This document shows positions 57,138 through 64,000 of a stretch of 64,000 nt of DNA, piece by piece. The notes under the pieces were generated by a model. It did not search any database, was not told the origin of the DNA, and saw nothing but the letters and a program-made list of their open reading frames with translations. This stretch comes from Minisyncoccota bacterium (GTDB lineage Bacteria > Patescibacteriota > Minisyncoccia > Phycocordibacterales > UBA5272): positions 31,625 through 95,624 of the forward strand of contig JBAYGN010000001.1 in NCBI GenBank assembly GCA_041666645.1, written 5' to 3'. Position 1 is the stretch's first letter, and every line of letters begins with the position of its first letter. The translations under genes and the position numbers were made by a program.

Positions 57138-57698
57138 CTAAATCCTACCCTCAACTGTATGCCAATCAACCGCTGACATAAATGATGTAATATAATCAAC
57201 GCGTTTTAGTCCATAATCAAGCATAAAAGCATGTTCAAACACATCCATAACAAGAAGTGGGGTTAATCCTGCTAAAAGACCTCCGTCATGTTCATTGATC
57301 CAGACATTAAATAATTTGCCATCTTTTTTATCAAGACAAAGAATAACCCATCCGATACCACGCATAGAAGCAATGCCGACAAATTCTTTCTGCCAATTCT
57401 CAACTGATCCCCATGTCGCATCAATCTTCTGTTTCAGGACTCGGTCACTAAGAGATACTCCACCCTTTGTCATATTTTCAAAATAAAGCTCATGTAATCT
57501 CATTCCGTTCCACTCCCAACCGAAACGACGATGAAGTTCGGCAAATTCTGGAGTCCCAACTTCTTTTGTCTTCATCAAATCAACCAACTTGTTTGTGTTG
57601 GTTACATACCCTTGATACAAAGTGAAGTGATTGTTAAGTAATGCATCACTCATACCTGAAAGACCAAGGATATGAGAAAAATCTTTTGCTGTGTACAT
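57138..57698 (-). CDS. Fe/Mn superoxide dismutase family protein (divergent N-terminus)
   Basis: 186 aa. C-terminal DVFEHAFMLDY (D-x-x-x-H ligands) and WNGMRLHELYF. The N-terminal HH motif is reduced to a single His (NNHFTLYQGYV). Confidence 0.65.
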   Translation of the reverse strand: MYTAKDFSHILGLSGMSDALLNNHFTLYQGYVTNTNKLVDLMKTKEVGTPEFAELHRRFGWEWNGMRLHELYFENMTKGGVSLSDRVLKQKIDATWGSVENWQKEFVGIASMRGIGWVILCLDKKDGKLFNVWINEHDGGLLAGLTPLLVMDVFEHAFMLDYGLKRVDYITSFMSAVDWHTVEGRI

Positions 57699-57738
57699 AT
57701 TTATTTAATGATAGTTTTTATATAAATTAAGTATACAA

Positions 57739-58986
57739 CTACTTCGCATATTTCATAGAAATAGTTTTCATTGCCTCAACTAATCTTTGTATGTCTTGTT
57801 TAGATGTTTGTCTTCCCATTGTGATTCTTATATTCTCCATTGCCTCTTCTTCATTTGCACCGAGTGCCATCACCACATAACTTCCGTCTGTTTCTTGTGA
57901 CGCGCAGGCACTTTTATGTGAGACAGCAAACCCAAGAGCGTCTAATCTAAGAATCATTTCTTCACTTGATATACCAGAAACTCTACAGTTAATATTATTT
58001 GGCAAACGAAGTTCAGTTTTTACTTTACGTTCTTTTTTGTCGTGTGTTTGATATAAATCAAAAGCCCCATAAAAAGTAATATTTGTAATTTCTTTTGTTA
58101 ATTCTTCTTTACAAAAATCACGAAGCTCGCGCAATCTCGCGGATTCCTTTTCTTTCATATTTTCTGCCTCATTAAGAGCAACGCCGAAGGCATAGGCTTG
58201 TGCAACGGATTCTGTTCCGCTACGAAGAACTCTTTCTTGTCCACCACCATAAACAATGGGTTCCATAATAATACCTTCACGTTTATATAAAAGTGCCACC
58301 CCTTTTGGCCCGTAAACTTTACTACTGTTTACTGTCATTAAGTGTGCGCGCAACCTCACCACGTCAAGATTACAGTAGTTTGCCGCCTGGCATGCATCCA
58401 CGTGAAAATATGGGTAGGCAGTATATGTTTTATTATTTTCTTGTTTCCATTCTTCGATAATCCGACCAATTTCTTTCACAGGTTGAAGTGTTCCTATTTC
58501 ATTATTTGCATACATTACACTTACAAGTACAGTGTCTTCTGTTAATGCTTCACGAATATCCAACGCGCGAATAATTCCACCCTCGTTTACTTTTATATAT
58601 GTAACTTTTACTTTACCTTTTCCTTCTAGGCGGCGGATTGGTTCGAGTACGGCTGGGTGCTCAATATTTGTAGTAATTATATGTGGAACTTTATCTTTAT
58701 TATTTTTCTTAAATCCATAGTAAGTTCCTGTGATGGCCAAGTTGCACGACTCAGTACCCGTTCCTGCAAAATATATTTCATACGAGTGCGCATTCAAAAC
58801 TTTTGCACAAAGTGCGCGTGCTTTGTCTAGTAATTGACCAGCTTCACGTCCTTCATTATGAATACCTGAAGGATTTCCATAAAAAGAAAGCGCTTCTATT
58901 AAAGCTGAGGAAGACACTGAAGAAACTGGTGTTGACCCAGCATTATCCAAATATACTCGTTTGTTTTTATTAAATATATTAAACAT
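57739..58986 (-). CDS. cysteine desulfurase (class V aminotransferase, NifS/IscS-like)
   Basis: 415 aa with PLP-lysine context (VNSSKVYGPKG), HVDACQA and a C-terminal active-site Cys region (SHKSACAS). Confidence 0.75.
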   Translation of the reverse strand: MFNIFNKNKRVYLDNAGSTPVSSVSSSALIEALSFYGNPSGIHNEGREAGQLLDKARALCAKVLNAHSYEIYFAGTGTESCNLAITGTYYGFKKNNKDKVPHIITTNIEHPAVLEPIRRLEGKGKVKVTYIKVNEGGIIRALDIREALTEDTVLVSVMYANNEIGTLQPVKEIGRIIEEWKQENNKTYTAYPYFHVDACQAANYCNLDVVRLRAHLMTVNSSKVYGPKGVALLYKREGIIMEPIVYGGGQERVLRSGTESVAQAYAFGVALNEAENMKEKESARLRELRDFCKEELTKEITNITFYGAFDLYQTHDKKERKVKTELRLPNNINCRVSGISSEEMILRLDALGFAVSHKSACASQETDGSYVVMALGANEEEAMENIRITMGRQTSKQDIQRLVEAMKTISMKYAK

Positions 58987-59286
58987 AAATTAATTATACC
59001 AGTACTCTATCATAAAAAATAAAACGCTTTCGATTTATGAACTAGGTAGTTCACAAAAAGAAAGCGTTTGTTTTCGGCCCAAGCTTCAGATTGAAACTGG
59101 ATTAGAGCAATCAGGGATTTTTTCATGTCCATATCCTTGTTACACATTTTCGGATATTTATTTGTAAATAATGAAGGTAATCCGAATTAACCACCATCTC
59201 TTATGGCTCTAACATTTAGCAAAAAAGAAAGCAGAGGTTATACACATCTGCATGGATAGATAATTTTCTGATACACTCAACTACAC

Positions 59287-59769
59287 ATGGATATCTCTTC
59301 AGTAATTTTTTATATAAAAACATTTCCAAGCATTCCTCTTGCTGTAGCTCTTATTATTGTTCTAATTTATGTAATTTACCTTCACCATAAAATCCACCGA
59401 TTCACTCGGGGAGAAACTGGAACATCTCTTGAGTCTATAATCAAAAAATGCGTAGATTCTGTGGCTGAAATAGAAAAAAGAAATGAATTAATTTCAGAGC
59501 ACGCTCTCTCATTGGATAATCGTGTGTCGCACGCACTTCGTAACGCTCAAACTATTCGCTACAAAGCATTCGAATCTAATGGTTCAAACCAAAGTTTTTC
59601 TATTGCACTTCTAAACGAAAAAGGTAATGGCGTTGTTATATCATCCCTTCATTCACGCGACCGTATAAGTACATTTGCAAAACCAGTAGAAAAATATTCT
59701 TCTACTCACGACCTAACGGAAGAAGAAATGTCCGTCATAGTAGAAGCAAAAAAAGAACACAGAGGGTAA
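59287..59769 (+). CDS. DUF4446-family protein
   Basis: 160 aa: N-terminal TM helix, then the RYKAFESNGSNQSFSIALLNEKGNGVVISSLHSRD pattern typical of DUF4446. Confidence 0.6.
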   Translation: MDISSVIFYIKTFPSIPLAVALIIVLIYVIYLHHKIHRFTRGETGTSLESIIKKCVDSVAEIEKRNELISEHALSLDNRVSHALRNAQTIRYKAFESNGSNQSFSIALLNEKGNGVVISSLHSRDRISTFAKPVEKYSSTHDLTEEEMSVIVEAKKEHRG

Positions 59770-59840
59770 TAATTGATAATTTATATAATAACAAATCGCT
59801 GTCTTTTATTGACATTCTGTGTTAGAATTGTTTTCACATT

Positions 59841-61358
59841 ATGTCAAAAACCCCTACACAAACTGGAGTAGTTTCTCGTCAGCCTGTAATAGCCGTATTA
59901 GGGCATGTTGACCATGGAAAATCATCTCTTCTAGACTACATCCGCAAATCAAACATCGTCGAAGGTGAGGCTGGTGGTATCACTCAACGTATTTCAGCTT
60001 ATGAAGTACAACATAAACAAACAGACGGAACCCTTAAGCCAATAACTTTCCTAGACACGCCAGGGCACGCCGCATTTCAAAGTATGCGTGAACGCGGAGT
60101 AGAAATAGCAGATATTGCTATTTTAGTTGTTTCTGCAGAAGACGGGGTTAAGGCTCAAACCGTTGAAGCTTGGAAAACTATCGATGCTCGTAAACTTCCA
60201 TATGTGGTAGCGATTAATAAAATTGATAAACCTGGCGCCGATATACAAAAAACAAAAAACTCTCTTGTTGAAAACGGAATCTATATTGAAGGATATGGAG
60301 GAGACGTACCTTGTGTAGAAATCTCTGCAAAAACGGGTCAGGGAGTTGATTTCCTTCTTGAGACACTTCTTCTTCTTGTAGAAATGAATGAACTAAAAGC
60401 CGACCTATCGACTGACGCAACAGGAATCGTTCTAGAGAGTTTTGTTGACCCGAAGCGTGGAGTATCTGCAACTCTTATTATTAAAGACGGAATACTTCCA
60501 GCCTCTGGAGCAATAGTTGCTGGTAAAGCGCTTTCCCCTATTCGTATTATTGAAGACTTTACAGGAAAAGTAATAAAAAACCCACACGCCGGCCAACCAA
60601 TCAAAGTTACAGGTTTTGACGAAGTACCAGTTACGGGAGCAATATTCGTGTCATCATCTGACAAGAAATCAATGGAAGCTCTTCAGTCAGAAACTAAATC
60701 AAATGCCGTTCACACTGTTCTTGACCCACGCACTTATCGTAATGCAAAGGTAGTTATTCCTGTTGTTATCAAAGCAGACTCTCTTGGAACACTAGACGCT
60801 GTAAAACGTGAACTCAAAAAACGTGAGACTGATGACGTAAAAATTAAAATTATCGCCGAGGGTGTTGGAGCAATTTCTGAAGGAGACATCATGCTCGCAT
60901 CATCAGATGAAAAAACAGTTATCATTGGATTCACTGTAAAAATGGAAGCAAAAGCACGCGACCAAGCAGACCGTTTCAAGATTGAACCACATCTTTTTGA
61001 TATTATTTATAAACTATCTGAGTGGTTTGATACTGTTGTCGAAAACCGTCTTCCATATGAAGAGAAAGAAACAGTGCTTGGTACACTCAAAATAATTCGT
61101 ACGTTTAGCTCACAAAAAGACAAGCATGTTATTGGAGGAAAAGTTGAAACAGGAAAAATTCAAAATAATGGTACCGTAAAAATTCTTCGTCGTGGAGTGG
61201 AACTTGGTCGTGGTCGCATTGTTGAACTTCAATCACAAAAAATAAAAACTGACGTAGTAAACGAAGGAAATGAATGTGGTCTCATGGTTGAAAGTAAAAT
61301 TGAAATGATTCCATCTGATGTACTTGAAGCGGTGCTTGTAGAAAAATTACGTATTTAA
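59841..61358 (+). CDS. infB: translation initiation factor IF-2 (short form lacking the N-terminal extension)
   Basis: GHVDHGKSSLLD (G1), DTPGH, NKID, and a C-terminal domain. Confidence 0.9.
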   Translation: MSKTPTQTGVVSRQPVIAVLGHVDHGKSSLLDYIRKSNIVEGEAGGITQRISAYEVQHKQTDGTLKPITFLDTPGHAAFQSMRERGVEIADIAILVVSAEDGVKAQTVEAWKTIDARKLPYVVAINKIDKPGADIQKTKNSLVENGIYIEGYGGDVPCVEISAKTGQGVDFLLETLLLLVEMNELKADLSTDATGIVLESFVDPKRGVSATLIIKDGILPASGAIVAGKALSPIRIIEDFTGKVIKNPHAGQPIKVTGFDEVPVTGAIFVSSSDKKSMEALQSETKSNAVHTVLDPRTYRNAKVVIPVVIKADSLGTLDAVKRELKKRETDDVKIKIIAEGVGAISEGDIMLASSDEKTVIIGFTVKMEAKARDQADRFKIEPHLFDIIYKLSEWFDTVVENRLPYEEKETVLGTLKIIRTFSSQKDKHVIGGKVETGKIQNNGTVKILRRGVELGRGRIVELQSQKIKTDVVNEGNECGLMVESKIEMIPSDVLEAVLVEKLRI

Positions 61359-61362
61359 AAAT

Positions 61363-61749
61363 ATGATTCTTGATCCAAACAAAGCTCCATCAAAAAGACA
61401 GACTCAAATTTCGCTTGAGATTCTTGCCATTGCACAAGACTTTTTTCAACGTGAATCTTCTGGCGCATCTTTGATTACCGTTACTCGCGCAGAAGTATCA
61501 GCTGATATGAAGCACGCAACCATTTTCATAACGGTACTTCCAGAAAGTAAAGAAGCTGCTGCGCTTGATTTTGCTAAGCGTATGAGAAGCGAATTACGCC
61601 ATAAAGTTATGAAAAGACTTCCTGTAAAAGTAATTCCATTTTTTGAAGTTGAACTTGATTATGGAGAAAAAAATAGATTACATGTAGAAGAACTTTTAAG
61701 AAAAGATAAACTAGAGTCAGAAAAATCAAATAAACCCGAAAATGATTAA
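61363..61749 (+). CDS. rbfA: ribosome-binding factor A
   Basis: 128 aa directly after infB. ITVTRAEVSADMKHATIFI pattern. Confidence 0.8.
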   Translation: MILDPNKAPSKRQTQISLEILAIAQDFFQRESSGASLITVTRAEVSADMKHATIFITVLPESKEAAALDFAKRMRSELRHKVMKRLPVKVIPFFEVELDYGEKNRLHVEELLRKDKLESEKSNKPEND

Positions 61750-61756
61750 AACAAAT

Positions 61757-61788
61757 AAAACAGCAAACTAAAAAGCTGTTTTATTTTC
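61757..61788 (+). terminator. intrinsic terminator after rbfA
   Basis: AAAACAGC-loop-GCTGTTTT followed by ATTTT. Confidence 0.6.
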
Positions 61789-61800
61789 GTCACTTAACAC

Positions 61801-61828
61801 TTGACAAAATGCTTATTTCGTGTATAAT
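61801..61828 (+). promoter_or_regulatory. near-consensus promoter TTGACA-16-(TG)TATAAT
   Basis: TTGACA 61801-61806, TGTATAAT 61821-61828 (extended -10). Confidence 0.65.
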
Positions 61829-61899
61829 ATACAATAGCCTTTTCGGTGTTATACACCCTAAAGATTTTGTAAAACCCTCATTGAAAAGAAGGAAATATC

Positions 61900-62856
61900 A
61901 TGTCCAAGAAACCCAACGGCCGTAAATCCCAAGGTGGCAAATCAGGCGAACAAAATGAAAAGAAAGTTCATCCGAAAAAACCCACTGTGGTCAAAGCCCA
62001 TGGACCCAAACCCGACTTTACTCCCCGTTCGTCTCGTGTGACTTACGCAGAACACGTGGAGCAGATCTACATGCAGAGCAGTACTTTGCTCGGCAAACTC
62101 GCCGACGGCTTGATTGATATCTACGGTCATAAATCCGACGCTGGAATTATCATTCTGGAGGTCAAAGAAGTGAATCTCAAGTCTGCGATTTTCGTGCTTG
62201 AGTCCACTGTGCCGGGAATTATTCCCAACAAAGAAGCCTTCATTCCAGTTTCGACTTTACGCTTTAGCGAACTACGCCAAGTCACAGGTGACAGCTTGTT
62301 CGCGTGGCAAGAGAAACTTCACGGCTTCCTGCGTCCGCTCATCGCTCCTTTCTACGTGACGATGGTGAAAAAATCTGAAGAGTCTGCTAAGGTTGCAAGT
62401 TCAAACCTGACCGAACTCGACCGGATTGCAATTGCCGCAGCAGAAGAGCGCCGTATTAAAAAAGCTCAGGATAATTTCGCCCAGAAAAAAGCCAAACAGA
62501 ACCAAGAAATGATTCTTAGGCACATGCGTAAAAGCTGTATGTCAGTTATGAAAATTGTGTCTGGCAACATCGGCTATTGCGACTTGTCTTCATCTTCTGG
62601 GGACTTGATTGTCAATTTCTACTTTGATGGAGCAGACCGCAAGGTTCGTATCGAGTACATCAATGAAAACCACATGTTGGTTCTTACTGGTCTTAAAATC
62701 AATGATACGGTCTTCGCAAGCAACATTTTGCAAGGCAAAGTTGACCGCACGAACATGAATGATGCCGACTTCAACAAGCGTTCCATTCTGATGAATCACA
62801 TTCGTCAGCAAATGGAAGCGCGAGGCATTCGCTTCATTCAAAAAGCAAACGCTTAG
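61900..62856 (+). CDS. hypothetical protein with basic disordered N-terminus (G+C-richer orphan)
   Basis: 318-aa ORF with RBS AAGGAA, its own promoter and terminator. No motif recognised. Confidence 0.65.
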   Translation: MSKKPNGRKSQGGKSGEQNEKKVHPKKPTVVKAHGPKPDFTPRSSRVTYAEHVEQIYMQSSTLLGKLADGLIDIYGHKSDAGIIILEVKEVNLKSAIFVLESTVPGIIPNKEAFIPVSTLRFSELRQVTGDSLFAWQEKLHGFLRPLIAPFYVTMVKKSEESAKVASSNLTELDRIAIAAAEERRIKKAQDNFAQKKAKQNQEMILRHMRKSCMSVMKIVSGNIGYCDLSSSSGDLIVNFYFDGADRKVRIEYINENHMLVLTGLKINDTVFASNILQGKVDRTNMNDADFNKRSILMNHIRQQMEARGIRFIQKANA

Positions 62857-62883
62857 CCACTGTCTACGTAATATAGGCAACAA

Positions 62884-62922
62884 CCCCGTCAAACGTTAAA
62901 TCGTTTCGGGGTTTAATTTTTT
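62884..62922 (+). terminator. intrinsic terminator
   Basis: CCCCG-TC-AAACG-TTAAAT-CGTTT-CGGGG followed by TTTAATTTTTT. Confidence 0.75.
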
Positions 62923-62928
62923 GTAAGA

Positions 62929-62957
62929 TTGACAAAATCTATATTTCTATGTATAAT
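62929..62957 (+). promoter_or_regulatory. near-consensus promoter TTGACA-17-(TG)TATAAT
   Basis: TTGACA 62929-62934, TGTATAAT 62950-62957. Confidence 0.65.
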
Positions 62958-63063
62958 AAGCATTAGATGTTTGTCGTTCACACGCCCTTCATCTGTTCTT
63001 CGTAAATGTGTAACCTATTTTTTCAACCTCAAGCCTTCAATGGCTTACTTCAGGAGAAAATCA

Positions 63064-64000
63064 ATGAGTAACGGGAAAACTTTTCGTCGTGACGCTAGTG
63101 TGCGAGCTGACCCGCAAGCCATTATATCTCGTCGCGCAAGCGCCGAAGGTCACAGCTATCGTCATGACGCAAATATTCCACCACCAGTTAAATGGCAGTG
63201 GATTACTGAACGTGACGCACTTGTGAAAGCGTGTCTGGATATTCTTAACAACAAGCCGAAGCTGTACCCAATTTTTGGCATTCAACTCCACGTTGAAATG
63301 CGCAAAGGCAATGACGCCGACTATCCCGTTTTGGTGTATACCGACGCTTTGTTTGGCGAAGAAGGTCAATACCTGTTCGGGCAATTGAAATCTGGTTTTG
63401 CCATGAGTCCTTCGCATCTTGCGTGGATAATCAATGAGGGCACGACATTCAAAACGCCAGACCATGAACTATTGACCCTCACTCTTTTATCTCAACCCGA
63501 AATGCAGGAGGCTCGCGATATTTATTTCGAGAAGCAAGAAGAAGATCGCAGAAATGCTGAGATCGAAAAAATTGACCGCATTCAACAACTGCGCAATCAG
63601 GTCGGCTTGAAGCCCTTGGCAAACCAACCACCAACAGTCGTCGGCGCCAATTATCAGAAAAAAACTCTGGAGTATGCAGAATTCAAAACCATTAACCAAG
63701 TCCTTGGTAATGAAATCGGAATCTTCCGTTTTGATTCTGGTGAAGTTCTAAAACTTTGTCCAGTGGCTCATGGGAATATGGTTATCCGAATCCAACAGGT
63801 GAAAGATGAAAGACATCCGATGTTTGAAGTTGCGCGGCGAAACGTTTGCATCTGGCCATCACATCTCGCCATGAAAGAAACTGGTGAGGTGCTTGAGGGG
63901 ATGAAACTACTTGAGCGTGAAGCACGTGTGTGGTTGCGGGAACAATTTCGCATCGCAGGTATCGCGCTTACACAGCAACTCCAGCAGACTCAGGTGAACA
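63064..64000 (+). CDS. hypothetical protein, 5' part (ORF open to the end of the window; absent from the supplied ORF track)
   Basis: ATG 63064 is preceded by AGGAGA. I read 312 codons to nt 63999 without a stop (MSNGKTFRRDASVRADPQ...). It is G+C-richer than the core genes. The minus-strand ORFs listed here (63061..63465 etc.) are antisense artefacts. Confidence 0.65.
   Translation, partial: MSNGKTFRRDASVRADPQAIISRRASAEGHSYRHDANIPPPVKWQWITERDALVKACLDILNNKPKLYPIFGIQLHVEMRKGNDADYPVLVYTDALFGEEGQYLFGQLKSGFAMSPSHLAWIINEGTTFKTPDHELLTLTLLSQPEMQEARDIYFEKQEEDRRNAEIEKIDRIQQLRNQVGLKPLANQPPTVVGANYQKKTLEYAEFKTINQVLGNEIGIFRFDSGEVLKLCPVAHGNMVIRIQQVKDERHPMFEVARRNVCIWPSHLAMKETGEVLEGMKLLEREARVWLREQFRIAGIALTQQLQQTQVN

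Noticed and set aside
57435-57448. CAGGACTCGGTCAC inside the SOD-like gene matches the junction motif (GGACTCG|GTCAC)
   Set aside because: It is in frame within a conserved-looking coding region (…SDRVLKQ…). It is not followed by AAAAC and has no hairpin partner. Chance is the likely explanation, although a pseudo-target site cannot be excluded.
63061-63953. Minus-strand ORFs 63061..63465, 63487..63699 and 63768..63953
   Set aside because: A single uninterrupted plus-strand ORF with promoter and RBS covers the region, so the minus-strand ORFs are fragmented shadows.

Overview
Low-GC, gene-dense window with short or truncated housekeeping proteins. This looks like a reduced-genome bacterium, probably Patescibacteria/CPR (Parcubacteria-like); that is an inference from gene content, not a database hit. 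Nearly all core genes up to ~59 kb lie on the minus strand: ftsEX, prfB, trmD, rpsP, rnr, a short smc, the complete F1Fo ATP synthase operon, mnmA, leuS, two tandem MacAB-like efflux sets, clpB, a SOD-like gene and a cysteine desulfurase. From 59.3 kb the genes switch to the plus strand (infB, rbfA). Four tRNAs are present: Gln-CUG, Thr-CGU, Thr-GGU and Tyr-GUA.

Two signals stand out.

1. tRNA-linked structured repeats and a defence island. tRNA-Gln and tRNA-Thr(CGU) are each followed by ~165-nt structured units. Each unit re-uses the tRNA's own 3' end, supplies complementary partners for it, and carries a conserved ~50-nt hairpin module. The arms differ between the two loci to match the adjacent tRNA, while the module is conserved. 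Two copies of the Gln unit (168 nt, 2 mismatches) bracket a ~6-kb AT-rich island. The island carries a DUF4297-HerA defence pair, a 631-aa protein with a C-terminal AlbA_2/Schlafen-like domain, and an M23 peptidase. No recombinase is visible, and degenerate copies of the same junction motif (CGGTCACAAAAC) mark nested older insertions.

2. Scattered G+C-richer orphan cassettes. A set of ORFs, most with near-consensus sigma70-type promoters (TTGACA-16/17-TATAAT or TAGTAT) and intrinsic terminators, is scattered among core genes. One sits inside the atp operon between atpB and atpE.

Other notable points:
- a Ku-less split LigD (Pol + Lig) next to an EEP nuclease
- a frameshifted mltG
- a hinge-less short SMC
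- an 8-1-8 palindrome between a fur-family gene and a ZIP transporter gene

No CRISPR array, rRNA, integrase or transposase was found.
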